This document shows, one piece after another, positions 17,621 through 28,622 of a stretch of DNA of 64,000 nt. Under the pieces are notes generated by a model. It had not been told where the DNA came from. It was given only the letters and a program-made list of their open reading frames with translations, and made no database searches. A program made the translations under genes and the position numbers. Source of the DNA: an uncultured Bacteroidales bacterium (lineage in GTDB: Bacteria > Bacteroidota > Bacteroidia > Bacteroidales > JAAYUG01); assembly GCA_964548125.1 (NCBI GenBank), contig CAZJQN010000001.1, forward strand, positions 34,303-98,302, given 5' to 3'. How positions within the stretch are numbered: the first letter of the stretch is position 1; each line of letters starts with the position of its first letter.

Positions 17621-20254
17621 CTATTTATCCTGAGGTTTGGCATTTTTTTCATTGCTGTATACATGAATAAATCCCACAAGATTCCGGACTTCTACACCGG
17701 TAAGGCGGGGTTCATAAACATCACAAACATAGTAGTAAACGCCCGATGGAACTATTTTTCCCCTCTGAATACTACGTCCGTCCCATTTTATATCAGGATC
17801 GGTAGTTTGAAATACCAGATTTCCCCAACGGTTATAAATTTTCATATCTACTTTCTGGACATAATGGTTTTTGTTTTTGGCAATATAGATGTCATTGATA
17901 CCATCACCATTGGGCGTAAAAACATTGGGAAGTTCATAAAAACTGCAAGCATCGACACATATAAGGACTGACCGTTTGCTCTCATTTCCGAAAGAATCAA
18001 CTGCGGTTACCTGATAACATCCGGCTAAATTCCCATCGGGATAATGCCTGTAGGTAGTATCCTGAGCAGAGGAAATCACAGTGAGAAATTCAGGAGTATT
18101 GCCAAAGACTGGTGAATAATAAATTTTATAGGAAACAACATCATCCGCACAGAAGTGGTTGGGATTAGTCCATTGCAAAAAATTATAGGCACTGTCGCAA
18201 ACATTGGTTACGTTAAGATCGGGTGGGCAGGGAGAAATACTATCAACTGGTGTTGTGCAGTTTTTATGCGAAAAATTGATGGTACTGGCTTGTCTGTTTT
18301 CAATGTCCCGGTAGCCGATGCTTTTTATTTTGTAACAATATTCATTTCCATTGGTAAGTTGGGTATCAATGAACCGGTTGGTACTACTTATTCCTATCGA
18401 ATCGTAGGTGCCGGAATTCTGATTGAACCGGTAAAATACATATTGTGTGTTGATCCAGGGAACATTCCGTATTGCATTGATCTCTATTTTGTTGTCGGTA
18501 CCTTTCAGTTGGGGGTAAAGGGTGGAGGCTACTTCTGGTGTTCCAATGAGGAATATATTGCCGGGAACATTGTTGTACAATTCAACTTTGTAGGAATATG
18601 GGAAAAGCAATGTGTTTAAAGGCTGATCATTATATGTAGTGTCATCAAGAGTGGCGGAAAAAATACTGTCGATGGGTTGGAACGATGAACCCCAGAGGTC
18701 AGGCGAGCGGTATATCACCAATTTATATGGACCTGTTCCTGTAAGCGAGTCAGGATTTGGTTTCAGCCAGGCCAGGAAAACCGAACCTGCTGAAGGATCA
18801 ATGCTTGTAACGCTGGCGTTTATCAGAGCTGGTAAGCCCGGTACTAATGACGCGCATACCTCATCGGAGGCCACACTGTATGAATCATTGAATACTGCAA
18901 CAATTCTGTAACAATACTGGATTCCCTTAATAAGTTCGCTGGTTGCGCCGTCATCAATAAACAATGTATCAGTTCCTGATGATGTTTGTCCTATTTTATG
19001 GAAACTGCTATAAGACGGAATACCGGTCTCACAACTGTCGGGTACAAAACCTGAGGGACCGTTTGAACGGTAGATTTCAAAAAACTTCACATTACTGCAA
19101 GGATACCTGTTCCATGTAAGACGGATAGAATTGGCTGATGCCTGCGCCGACAAGGCCTGTGGGGGAGGTCCTATTACCCGGATATTAAATACATCAAAGT
19201 CGTTTAATTGCAATTGTTTATTCAGATCAGTAGCTTTTATGGTAACGAGGTAAGGTCTTTGACGTACATGGGTACAATTGGTAAGCCATTGAAAGTGGTA
19301 GGTAGAATAACCTGTATCGGCCGCAATGGAATCAAAAGTAGCCTTGCCGGTTGGCATTTCAAACGGGCCACCTGAAGCTCTGACAAATAGTTTATCCCCA
19401 TCAGGATCGGTTGATGTCAGCTCAAAGGATACTTCGTCTCCTGCTACAACACAGTAATCGCGCAGGGGTGGGTTCACAGGAGGATTGTTGGTTGAGTTAT
19501 AGACGTTGATCTGCATGTCGCGTGTTACCGAACCAATAAGCATTCCGTTTCGCCATTTGTTCACCTTCATGGCAACATTGTAAATGCCGGTGTCAACAGG
19601 GCTATCCCAAACCAGATCGCCGGTGACAGGGTTTACATAGAAGGTATCGCTTGCCGCAGGGAATGTATAGTTCGCAATGGGTTTTCCATTTTCTTCGGTG
19701 CAAACGGTAAGTTCATACGACAGACTATCACCTTCCAGATCGAATGCTCCCGGGTTATGAATAAACAGCCTGCCCTTTGCAGCTTTGTCAATGGGCGGGT
19801 TCAACAGAACAGGTGCGCTGGCTCCTCCGGTTAAAGGACTGATTACCAGCTTTGTTTTAATAGAAAAGATCACATTAACCGAATTGGGTATATTCTTCAC
19901 CCCATAATTCCTGTTAGGATCCTGCACCACAATTTCATATACACCCGGGCCCGGAAAAGTGTGCTGTACAATATACGTATTATGAAAATAAAAATTTGGA
20001 AGGACAACTTTTCCAACACGGGGTGCTATGGATTTTGTATTGTCTCCCCATTGTACCTCCAGTTGTGGTCTGTCGGCTGCACTTAATGTATACGTAAAGG
20101 TATTAATGGTAATCTCATAAGTAAATCCCGAAATCAACCGGTAGGTAATTTCTCCTGCACGATTGTGTGTTGCCCATAACAAATGGCTAAATAACAGATA
20201 TACCAGAATACCTGTAATGCTCTTTCTCAGCTTATTGTGTCGGTAATGGTTCAT
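17621..20254 (-). CDS. T9SS type B sorting domain (gliding motility-associated C-terminal domain) cargo protein
   Basis: 877 aa. The C-terminus reads ELPNVFTPNGDGINDIY...IYNRWGNLVF...WDG...G..VPSGVYYY. The N-terminal signal is followed by THNRAGEITY. The remainder is long and beta-rich. Confidence 0.88.
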   Translation of the reverse strand: MNHYRHNKLRKSITGILVYLLFSHLLWATHNRAGEITYRLISGFTYEITINTFTYTLSAADRPQLEVQWGDNTKSIAPRVGKVVLPNFYFHNTYIVQHTFPGPGVYEIVVQDPNRNYGVKNIPNSVNVIFSIKTKLVISPLTGGASAPVLLNPPIDKAAKGRLFIHNPGAFDLEGDSLSYELTVCTEENGKPIANYTFPAASDTFYVNPVTGDLVWDSPVDTGIYNVAMKVNKWRNGMLIGSVTRDMQINVYNSTNNPPVNPPLRDYCVVAGDEVSFELTSTDPDGDKLFVRASGGPFEMPTGKATFDSIAADTGYSTYHFQWLTNCTHVRQRPYLVTIKATDLNKQLQLNDFDVFNIRVIGPPPQALSAQASANSIRLTWNRYPCSNVKFFEIYRSNGPSGFVPDSCETGIPSYSSFHKIGQTSSGTDTLFIDDGATSELIKGIQYCYRIVAVFNDSYSVASDEVCASLVPGLPALINASVTSIDPSAGSVFLAWLKPNPDSLTGTGPYKLVIYRSPDLWGSSFQPIDSIFSATLDDTTYNDQPLNTLLFPYSYKVELYNNVPGNIFLIGTPEVASTLYPQLKGTDNKIEINAIRNVPWINTQYVFYRFNQNSGTYDSIGISSTNRFIDTQLTNGNEYCYKIKSIGYRDIENRQASTINFSHKNCTTPVDSISPCPPDLNVTNVCDSAYNFLQWTNPNHFCADDVVSYKIYYSPVFGNTPEFLTVISSAQDTTYRHYPDGNLAGCYQVTAVDSFGNESKRSVLICVDACSFYELPNVFTPNGDGINDIYIAKNKNHYVQKVDMKIYNRWGNLVFQTTDPDIKWDGRSIQRGKIVPSGVYYYVCDVYEPRLTGVEVRNLVGFIHVYSNEKNAKPQDK

Positions 20255-20757
20255 ATGCCTGGTTCGATATCCAGCGTGCAGGTTGGCGATTCGTAGGTCA
20301 TCTGATACCCGTGCTCATTTCCATTGAAGGAAAAAATTATCAGATTGGTTTGGTCTGGAAAAACATCCATAAGAAGGTAGTTTGTCATATCTGCTCTCGA
20401 AAACTTTCTGGAGGGTTTTGCCTGGAGCTTGATCCACATTACATCCTCTGCAACAGTTCTTTCTGTAAGTTTGAACCTGACAGTATCTGAATGGTCAATG
20501 ATCAACCAGGCCATCGTATTGACATATCTTTCGATAAATGGGTTACTTTGTACGCTGTCCTGAAGGGCCTTTTCATTACATTGATCACCGTAATGATGAA
20601 AAGCCATAGTATAAAAGTCGTCCCTGAATATCTTCCACAGACAATGAAATGTATTATCCGGTTCACTGTATTCAATATTGAGAACAGAAAAGTGAACAGG
20701 ATGCAGCAACAGCGCACAGAACGCCGGAAATAACATATATCGGTAAAAATGCAGCAT
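20251..20757 (-). CDS. Hypothetical protein (possibly DUF6702-like)
   Basis: 168 aa. It has an N-terminal signal and then HPVHFSVLNIEYSEPDNTFHCLWKIFRDDF, which resembles the H.(F/Y)H.S....Y......L....K.F.DD start of DUF6702. It shares an ATGA 4-nt overlap with the downstream T9SS cargo gene. Confidence 0.55.
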   Translation of the reverse strand: MLHFYRYMLFPAFCALLLHPVHFSVLNIEYSEPDNTFHCLWKIFRDDFYTMAFHHYGDQCNEKALQDSVQSNPFIERYVNTMAWLIIDHSDTVRFKLTERTVAEDVMWIKLQAKPSRKFSRADMTNYLLMDVFPDQTNLIIFSFNGNEHGYQMTYESPTCTLDIEPGI

Positions 20758-21242
20758 GTTTGCCAGATCCTATTAGAATGAACAAAGGTAATATAATTAG
20801 GGTTGTTTTTTACCGATCTTATCAGACTTCAAAATATAATTTTCAGATTGCTCAAAACAAAAATTATGCCACCCTGTTATGTTTTTCGTGAATACTGAAT
20901 GTACACGGATGAAGGAGAAATTGAATAACGAAGGTGTCAATATTATGAGTTGAAACATTAATATGGTTGAAACACGTTGATAATTAGGCGTTAGGTGATT
21001 TTGCAACTCCTTACAAGTAATATTATTGCTTTAACCCCAATTAATTCATTAGTTTGCTCTTTTCAGGAGCTTCTAATGGATAAGTTGGGTCTATTTCTTT
21101 TATTTTGTCTGATCATAAATATTTTCTCATTTCAATTAAACCCAATTTAGCTGAATAAATATCTGAATAATTTTTTATTCGGAGCTGATAATAATAATCA
21201 GAAAGATTATGAATACATGGGCACAAGTAATAATTTTTGCTT

Positions 21243-21776
21243 TTACGAAAATGAATTAGAATCTTGTAATATTGCTTCTGAAATTACTGCATCCGGGTTA
21301 TATATTTTTTCTTTTTCTGTAATATCTAGTTGCAAGTCAGTAATTAATTTTTCTCTTGTAGGTCTTAAAATAATTAATATGCCTACAGTAATGCCGACAA
21401 GAATAACGAAAATATTACTTCCTGTTAATAAATATCCAATGACAGAAAAAAATCCGGGTGCTTCAATCAAAACATATCTAGTTATCAGGGTGGATCGGTA
21501 TTCAGCAGTTTTTGCCAATAAATCCTTCTTCTGTTCCTTAATTTGTTTTAATTTCTTATTAAATAACAATTGACTTCCTAATATACCGGCTGAAAGTAAA
21601 ACCAAAAGTATTATGGTAATTATTTTAACTGAGAATGCATCATCTGTAGCGAAACCATTTATCGAATTCAGGAATACCGCAATACTCATGAAAATCAAAA
21701 TTCCTGAAATAATTGCAAAATAAATAATGTTGATTCCTTTGAAGTACTCTTTGGAAGTTTGTTGCAATGTTCTCAT
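21243..21776 (-). CDS. Hypothetical integral membrane protein (about 4 TM helices)
   Basis: 177 aa with four hydrophobic segments. It sits inside a visibly AT-rich region. Confidence 0.55.
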   Translation of the reverse strand: MRTLQQTSKEYFKGINIIYFAIISGILIFMSIAVFLNSINGFATDDAFSVKIITIILLVLLSAGILGSQLLFNKKLKQIKEQKKDLLAKTAEYRSTLITRYVLIEAPGFFSVIGYLLTGSNIFVILVGITVGILIILRPTREKLITDLQLDITEKEKIYNPDAVISEAILQDSNSFS

Positions 21777-22242
21777 AGGCGATAAAGTTTAGTTCTTTTT
21801 GGTTCGACAAACTATTAGTTACGTAAATTTATTGTACCTGTTCAGGAGTTTATTAAGTCAATTCATTTGATCAAAGATAGCTATTGTTCGGATTCTTTTA
21901 AATAAAATGAATAAAGTTTTTACTTCCTGATACTATAGAATTGTTTTAAATCCTTGTTTTTATTAGTTACTTTCTTCATTCTTATTAAGTTTTAGTTTTA
22001 TTTTGCCCAAGATTATCTTTATAATGATTTCTGGTACACTGATTTTAAATTGGGCAATTATTATACGTTTTTCTTTTCAGCTATTTAGTGTTCAGAATAG
22101 TATTCTTTGGTATTTGTAGGATTACTGGTTTTATTGTTAATTTTGGATTTATTGAAAAAGTGCATGCATTACTTTTGAAATACGTTGCGATAAGTATATT
22201 GGGTTTTGAATGCTGATGCTTTAAACGGATAATTGCTGATTT

Positions 22243-23154
22243 ATGACCTGGGTAGAGGCTATAAAGGGATTTGAGTTTTATCTGCGGCTGGAGAAATCTC
22301 TTTCACAGAACAGTATTGAAGCGTATCTTACTGATGTACATAAGCTTTGTTCTTTTGCGGGAGGATTGGATGGTCCTCTGGCACCGGAAGAGGTTGATAC
22401 AGAGCTTATACGCGAAATGCTTCGTTTTTTTAGAGAAGCAGGATTAACGGAACGGACTCAGGCCCGTATTGTATCTGGAATCAAAGCCTTTTATCGCTAC
22501 CTTTTGCTCGAGGGGATTATAAAGGAAGATCCATCAGAACGGATAGAGTCTCCGAAAATCGGGCGAAAATTGCCTGAGGTTCTCACAATAAGCGAAATTG
22601 ATGCCATGGAGAATGCTGTGGATCTGAGCAAACCAGAAGGACACAGAAACCGTGCAATGATTGAGGTTATGTACAGTTGTGGTTTGAGGGTATCTGAACT
22701 GGTGAACCTCAGAATATCACATATCCACAGGAAGGATGAATACCTGAGAATACTGGGAAAAGGTAACAAGGAACGTCTGGTGCCAATCGGATCCCGTGCC
22801 CTGAAAGAAATAGATCTGTATCTTCCCTGGAGAAACCTTCTGCCTTCTATTGACCCGCGCAACTCGGACATTCTTTTTCTGAACCGAAACGGAAAAAAAC
22901 TTACACGGGTAATGGTTTTTCTCATTGTAAAAGACCTGGCTGAAAAAGCGGGCATCAGAAAGAAAATCAGCCCTCATACTCTCCGGCATTCCTTTGCCAC
23001 CCACCTTATTGAAGGAGGTGCCGACTTACGAGCGGTTCAGGAAATGCTTGGTCATGCTTCCATACTTACAACTGAAATTTATACCCATGTTGATAAAGAA
23101 TATCTTCGCGATGCCATACTGCGTTTCCACCCTCGATCAGGAAATCAGTCATAA
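22243..23154 (+). CDS. xerD: Site-specific tyrosine recombinase XerD
   Basis: 303 aa. The N-terminal SAM-like domain reads FYLRLEKSLSQNSIEAYLTDV. The catalytic region reads GLRVSEL...HTLRHSFATHLIEGGADLRAVQEMLGHASILTTEIYTHV. Confidence 0.88.
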   Translation: MTWVEAIKGFEFYLRLEKSLSQNSIEAYLTDVHKLCSFAGGLDGPLAPEEVDTELIREMLRFFREAGLTERTQARIVSGIKAFYRYLLLEGIIKEDPSERIESPKIGRKLPEVLTISEIDAMENAVDLSKPEGHRNRAMIEVMYSCGLRVSELVNLRISHIHRKDEYLRILGKGNKERLVPIGSRALKEIDLYLPWRNLLPSIDPRNSDILFLNRNGKKLTRVMVFLIVKDLAEKAGIRKKISPHTLRHSFATHLIEGGADLRAVQEMLGHASILTTEIYTHVDKEYLRDAILRFHPRSGNQS

Positions 23155-23174
23155 GACTCTGCCAAACAAGAAGG

Positions 23175-23214
23175 GAATTACAAATTTTTGTCTACCTTTG
23201 TAATTCAATTTTTT
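23175..23214 (+). terminator. Putative intrinsic terminator after xerD
   Basis: GAATTACAAA (23175-23184) and TTTGTAATTC (23197-23206) form a perfect 10-bp stem with a 12-nt loop, followed by AATTTTTT. Confidence 0.55.
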
Positions 23215-23267
23215 GTACTGAAAAGCATGTAAGTGCTTAATTGTTAAATCTTTATAATTGTTATGCT

Positions 23268-25982
23268 ATGAAGAAATACGTGTATTATTTTGGCGGGGGA
23301 AAGGCTGACGGCCAGGCCGACATGAAGGAACTCCTCGGAGGAAAAGGAGCTAATCTGGCTGAAATGGTGAATCTCGGATTGCCTGTACCTGCTGGTTTTA
23401 CTATTACCACGGAGGTTTGTACATACTATTACGACAACAACAAGCAGTATCCTCCCGAACTGAAAGATCAGGTGCTGGAAGCACTTGCCAAGGTGGAAAA
23501 AGAAATGGGGGCAAAGTTTGGTGATAAAGAAAATCCACTTCTTGTTTCAGTTCGTTCCGGAGCCCGTGCCTCTATGCCAGGTATGATGGAAACCGTGCTC
23601 AATGTGGGGTTAAATGACGTAACCCGTGAGGGGTTAATAAAGAAAACGGGGAATCCTCGTTTCGTTTACGATTCCCAGCGCCGCCTCATCCAGATGTATT
23701 CTGATGTTGTGATGGAAAAAGCAGCCGGTATTGAACCGGAAGAAGGAAAAGGTGTACGTGTACAACTGGAGCACGAACTCGAAAAAATGAAAAAAGCCCG
23801 CGGTGTTAAGAGCGATACTGAGCTTACTGCCGACGATCTGAAAGAACTTATTGTTATTTATAAAAACAAGGTAAAAGAAGTTCTAGGAAAACCCTTCCCT
23901 GAAGATGCTATGGAGCAGCTCTGGGGAGCAATATCTGCTGTATTTCAGAGCTGGAACGGAAAACGCGCCATTGCTTACAGGAGGATTGAAGGAATTCCCG
24001 ACTGGTGGGGAACCGCTGTAAACGTTCAGTCAATGGTGTTCGGAAATATGGGTGACACCTCCGCTACGGGAGTGGCTTTTACCCGTAATCCTGCCACTGG
24101 TGAGAACTATTTTTATGGTGAATGGCTGCCCAATGCTCAGGGTGAAGACGTTGTAGCAGGTATCCGTACTCCCAATCCTATTAATGAAGTTGGCAAGAGC
24201 TCACACAACCAGCATCTTCCTTCTCTGGAAACAGCAATGCCCGAAGCATACAAACAGCTTCATGAGATCCAGAAACGGCTCGAATCGCATTACAAAGATA
24301 TGCTCGACATCGAGTTTACCATCCAGGAAAAGAAACTGTATATGCTGCAGTGCCGTGTTGGTAAGAGGAACGGGACAGCCGCTGTACGGATGGCGCTGGA
24401 TATGATGAAGGAAGGATTAATTGATGAAAAGACAGCTGTGTTAAGAGTAAATCCTTCCCAGCTCGATGAACTTCTCCATCCTCTGCTTGATCCAAAAGCT
24501 GAAAAAAGCGCAGTAATTTTAGCCAAAGGTCTTCCTGCTGGTCCGGGTGGTGCCACCGGTCAGGTTGTGTTTACTGCTAATGATGCTGTAAATTGGGCTA
24601 AAGAAGGGAAAAAAGTGATTCTTATCCGTGAGGAAACCAATCCCGAAGATATTGAAGGAATGCGTGCAGCTCAGGCAATTCTTACAGCCCGTGGCGGAAT
24701 GACCAGTCATGCAGCTCTGGTTGCCCGCGGATGGGGTAAATGTTGTATTGTGGGTGCTGCCGATGTGAAGATCAACTTTGCCCAGAAAACCGTTTCCATG
24801 GGCAACAAAACCCTGAAGGAAGGTGACTGGATTTCACTCAACGGAACCAAAGGTCTTGTTTATGAAGGTAAACTTGATATGGTTGACGCTTCAGAAAACA
24901 AAGACTTTGTTGAGTTTATGAAGATCGTTGATAAATACAGAAAACTGAAGGTCCGTACCAATGCCGATACTCCTGAGGATGCTGCAAGAGCTCGCGAGTT
25001 TGGTGCCGAAGGAATCGGACTTTTCCGTACCGAACATATGTTTTACGGAAAAAACAGTGAACAGCCCCTCTTTAAGCTCCGGAAAATGATAATCTCGAAA
25101 ACGGAGAAAGAACGCAGAGCTGCTCTGGATGAACTCTTCCCGCATGTTAAGGAAGATGTAAAGGCTACGATGGCTGTAATGGATGGACTTCCTGTTACGT
25201 TCCGTACTCTTGACCCACCGCTGCATGAGTTTGTTCCTAACCGTCAGGATGAAAGAGAAAAGCTGGCAAAGAGCCTGAATATTTCTCTGGAAGAATTCAA
25301 CAAACGCGCTGATCTTTTGCACGAAAACAATCCGATGATGGGACATCGCGGAGTGCGCCTTGGAATTACCTATCCGGAAGTTACCGAAATGCAGGTAAGA
25401 GCTATTTTCGAAGCAGCTGCCGAGCTGATTAAGGAAGGCAAGAAAGCACATCCGGAAATTATGATTCCTGTTACCTGCGTAAATACTGAGCTGAAACATC
25501 AGTATGAGATCATTAAGAAAGTGTATGCCGAAGTTTGTCAGAAATTCGGCCTGAAGGAAATTCCGCACATGGTTGGGACCATGATTGAAATTCCGAGGGC
25601 TGCCATTACTGCCGACAAGATGGCCGAATATGCAGAATTTTTCTCCTTCGGTACCAATGACCTTACGCAGATGACGTACGGATTTTCAAGAGATGATATC
25701 GGAGCATTCCTGCCTCATTATCTGGAAGGCAAGATTTTGCCCTTTGATCCGTTCCAGCAGATTGACCGCGACAGCGTTGGTGAACTCATGAAAATTGCCT
25801 GCGAACGGGGTCGATCAAAGAGGCCCGATATTAAACTCGGAATCTGTGGTGAACATGGCGGTGAACCTAATTCTGTGGAGTTCTGCCACATGATTGGCTT
25901 AACCTACGTAAGTTGTTCACCATTCCGTGTTCCTATCGCTCGACTTGCTGCTGCTCAGGCTGCAATCAAACATTCCAAGTAA
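23268..25982 (+). CDS. ppdK: Pyruvate, phosphate dikinase
   Basis: MKKYVYYFGGGKADG..KELLGGKGANLAEM, the catalytic-His region GGMTSHAALVARGWGK and the C-terminal PEP-utilising domain are present. The start is at the internal ATG 23268. Confidence 0.95.
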   Translation: MKKYVYYFGGGKADGQADMKELLGGKGANLAEMVNLGLPVPAGFTITTEVCTYYYDNNKQYPPELKDQVLEALAKVEKEMGAKFGDKENPLLVSVRSGARASMPGMMETVLNVGLNDVTREGLIKKTGNPRFVYDSQRRLIQMYSDVVMEKAAGIEPEEGKGVRVQLEHELEKMKKARGVKSDTELTADDLKELIVIYKNKVKEVLGKPFPEDAMEQLWGAISAVFQSWNGKRAIAYRRIEGIPDWWGTAVNVQSMVFGNMGDTSATGVAFTRNPATGENYFYGEWLPNAQGEDVVAGIRTPNPINEVGKSSHNQHLPSLETAMPEAYKQLHEIQKRLESHYKDMLDIEFTIQEKKLYMLQCRVGKRNGTAAVRMALDMMKEGLIDEKTAVLRVNPSQLDELLHPLLDPKAEKSAVILAKGLPAGPGGATGQVVFTANDAVNWAKEGKKVILIREETNPEDIEGMRAAQAILTARGGMTSHAALVARGWGKCCIVGAADVKINFAQKTVSMGNKTLKEGDWISLNGTKGLVYEGKLDMVDASENKDFVEFMKIVDKYRKLKVRTNADTPEDAARAREFGAEGIGLFRTEHMFYGKNSEQPLFKLRKMIISKTEKERRAALDELFPHVKEDVKATMAVMDGLPVTFRTLDPPLHEFVPNRQDEREKLAKSLNISLEEFNKRADLLHENNPMMGHRGVRLGITYPEVTEMQVRAIFEAAAELIKEGKKAHPEIMIPVTCVNTELKHQYEIIKKVYAEVCQKFGLKEIPHMVGTMIEIPRAAITADKMAEYAEFFSFGTNDLTQMTYGFSRDDIGAFLPHYLEGKILPFDPFQQIDRDSVGELMKIACERGRSKRPDIKLGICGEHGGEPNSVEFCHMIGLTYVSCSPFRVPIARLAAAQAAIKHSK

Positions 25983-26009
25983 GCCGTCTTTAAAGGCTCA
26001 TAAAATGGT

Positions 26010-26041
26010 CAGGCGGTTCAAAAGAACCGCCTGAATTTTTT
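26010..26041 (+). terminator. Intrinsic terminator after ppdK
   Basis: CAGGCGGTTC (26010-26019), loop AAAA and GAACCGCCTG (26024-26033) form a perfect GC-rich 10-bp stem, followed by AATTTTTT. Confidence 0.85.
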
Positions 26042-26318
26042 AATACCGATCATGCATTGGTAGCACAATGCAATTATGTACTCGAATCAGTATCAGCACA
26101 CAGGTCAACCCCAATGAAACAGCTGATCACGATCATTAAAATACATTGCACATATTAAAACCGGTTGCGGGTATATAATCATTTTGTATTATCCGCCAGT
26201 ATGCACCTTTGAGAATGTATGTTTATGAAATTAAAATGAACATATATTTTGTATTTATGGAGTACTGAACTTTTTTGTTGTACAGATTGTGGCTAATATT
26301 GTGTTAAAATTCAGGTGT

Positions 26319-27935
26319 ATGATCAATCTCTCAGTTTATGGAATTCAATCCCCTGGAAAGATTTATTACAATGCTTCCTATGAAGAACTTTTCCGCTTTG
26401 AAACAGATCCTTCCCTTACTGGATGGGAGAAGGGATATGTAACCAGCCTGGGTGCCGTGGCTGTTGATACAGGAGAATTTACGGGGCGTTCACCAAAGGA
26501 CAAATATGTGGTAAAGGAACCACAGACTGAGCAAAACATATGGTGGCATGCAAAGGAAAAGAAAGGTTCTGATAATAAACCAATTTCTAAGGAAGCCTGG
26601 GAATACCTCAAAAAAATAAGTGCTCTTCAGCTTTCTGGAAAAAATCTATTCGTGGTTGATTGTTTTGCCGGAGCGAATAAAAAAACAAGGCTTTCAGTCA
26701 GGTTTATTACCGAAGTAGCCTGGCAGGCACATTTTGTTAAAAATATGTTTATCAGACCGGAACCTGAGGAATTGAAAGAATTCAAGCCCGATTTTGTGGT
26801 GCTGATGGCGTCAAAATGTCGCAATGACCGTTATAAAGAGTTCGGAATGAATAGTGATGTTTATGTGGCATTTCATCTCACTGAGCGGATGGCGCTTATT
26901 GGAGGCACCTGGTACGGCGGAGAAATGAAAAAGGGAATTTTTTCTGTAATGAATTATTTTCTTCCACTCCAGGGAATTGCCTGCATGCATTGTTCAGCTA
27001 ATATGGGGAAACAGGGAGATGTGGCTATTTTCTTCGGTTTATCAGGAACGGGAAAAACAACTCTTTCAGCCGACCCTGAACGGCTTCTGATAGGTGATGA
27101 TGAGCATGGATGGGATGATGATGGAATTTTCAACCTGGAAGGAGGGTGCTATGCCAAATGCATCAACCTCGATCCCTTGAAAGAACCGGATATTTACAGG
27201 GCTATTCGTCGCGATGCCTTGCTGGAAAATGTCGTTATTGATGAAAAAACGGGAGATGTGGATTTTTCCTCCGCTGCTAAAACGGAAAATACGCGTGTTT
27301 CCTATCCGATTTATCATATTTCCAATATTGTTAAACCTGTTTCAAAAGCAGGGCATCCACAAAAGGTTATATTTCTTACTGCCGATGCTTTTGGTGTGCT
27401 TCCTCCTGTGGCACTGCTGAATGAAGAACAGACTGCCTACTATTTTCTCAGTGGTTATACCTCAAAGCTCGCCGGAACAGAGAGGGGAATTGTTGAGCCA
27501 CAGCCTACTTTTTCTGCCTGCTTTGGTCAGGCATTTCTAATGCTTCATCCTTCGGTTTATGCCCATCAGCTGACGGAAAAAATGAAACAGCATGGGGCCA
27601 GGGCATATCTTGTAAATACCGGCTGGACGGGAGGCTCCTACGGAACAGGACACCGGATGGATATCACTGTAACCCGGAAAATAATTTCGACTATCTTGAA
27701 TGGATCAATCGAGAATGTACCCCTGAACCGGCTTCCTGTCTTTGGATTGGAAATACCTGCAGAGCTGCATGGCATTGACTCGTCTATTCTTGACCCTCGA
27801 AATGCCTGGCAGGATAAAAGAAAATGGCATGAAGCAGCGGAAAAGCTAGCCCGGAGTTTCTTGGCAAATTTTGCTAATTTTGCTGACACTCCTGAGGCTC
27901 GTAAAGTAATCAAAGGCGGGCCCGGGATTGAATAA
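26319..27935 (+). CDS. pckA: Phosphoenolpyruvate carboxykinase (ATP)
   Basis: [10 protein letters not shown] and the kinase-1a motif [11 protein letters not shown] are present, and the protein is PEPCK-ATP family throughout. The start is placed at ATG 26319 rather than GTG 26289. Confidence 0.93.
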   Translation: MINLSVYGIQSPGKIYYNASYEELFRFETDPSLTGWEKGYVTSLGAVAVDTGEFTGRSPKDKYVVKEPQTEQNIWWHAKEKKGSDNKPISKEAWEYLKKISALQLSGKNLFVVDCFAGANKKTRLSVRFITEVAWQAHFVKNMFIRPEPEELKEFKPDFVVLMASKCRNDRYKEFGMNSDVYVAFHLTERMALIGGTWYGGEMKKGIFSVMNYFLPLQGIACMHCSANMGKQGDVAIFFGLSGTGKTTLSADPERLLIGDDEHGWDDDGIFNLEGGCYAKCINLDPLKEPDIYRAIRRDALLENVVIDEKTGDVDFSSAAKTENTRVSYPIYHISNIVKPVSKAGHPQKVIFLTADAFGVLPPVALLNEEQTAYYFLSGYTSKLAGTERGIVEPQPTFSACFGQAFLMLHPSVYAHQLTEKMKQHGARAYLVNTGWTGGSYGTGHRMDITVTRKIISTILNGSIENVPLNRLPVFGLEIPAELHGIDSSILDPRNAWQDKRKWHEAAEKLARSFLANFANFADTPEARKVIKGGPGIE

Positions 27936-27971
27936 GTGGATCGGTTTTCAAAATGGTAATTGCGTCCTATT

Positions 27972-28616
27972 ATGGTGGTTTTACTGTTGGTTATAGTATT
28001 GATTGCGGCTTATCTGTTGGGATCTGTTCCTACTTCCGTCTGGATAGGCAAATGGCTCAGGGGTATTGATATAAGGGATTACGGCAGCGGAAATGCAGGA
28101 GCTACTAATACAATGAGAGTCCTTGGGGTAGCGTTAGGCATTCCGGTTGTCATAATTGATATTGCTAAAGGATTTCTCGCGGTTCAGCTTTCCTTTATTC
28201 ATTCAGGTTTTCTTGAAATATTTCCCGATATTGTTGTCCTTCAGCTTATTCTCGGTGCTTTTGCTGTTCTCGGCCATATCTACCCGGTATTAGCAGGTTT
28301 CAGAGGAGGGAAAGGCGTAGCCACACTATTCGGGGTTATTCTTGCTATTCATCCTGTTATTACTCTCATGGCCATGGGAGTATTTCTGGTTGTTTTGTTG
28401 ATTGTAAAAATTGTTTCGGTAAGTTCAATGGTAGCCGGCATTTCTTTTCCGGTTTTTCTTTTCCTGTTTTATCCTGAGTCTCCGATTTCGATGAAAATTT
28501 TTTCTGTCGCGGTGGCGATTCTACTCATCTATACCCACAGAACCAATATCCGGCGGCTGTTAAGAAAGGAAGAGCCCAGGGCTACTTTCCTATTTGGTGA
28601 AAAAAAAAGGGATTAA
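27972..28616 (+). CDS. plsY: Glycerol-3-phosphate acyltransferase PlsY
   Basis: YLLGSVPTSVWIGK, GSGNAGATN and FRGGKGVAT are present. The track start at 27960 is TTG, so ATG 27972 is preferred. Confidence 0.9.
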   Translation: MVVLLLVIVLIAAYLLGSVPTSVWIGKWLRGIDIRDYGSGNAGATNTMRVLGVALGIPVVIIDIAKGFLAVQLSFIHSGFLEIFPDIVVLQLILGAFAVLGHIYPVLAGFRGGKGVATLFGVILAIHPVITLMAMGVFLVVLLIVKIVSVSSMVAGISFPVFLFLFYPESPISMKIFSVAVAILLIYTHRTNIRRLLRKEEPRATFLFGEKKRD

Positions 28617-28622
28617 GAAAAA

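Noticed and set aside
22243-23154. Tyrosine recombinase as the integrase of a mobile element, given the adjacent AT-rich stretch
   Set aside because: The sequence and length fit housekeeping XerD (N-terminal SAM-like domain, R..HxxR..Y catalytic set). There are no flanking direct or inverted repeats, and no excisionase, transfer or phage genes nearby.
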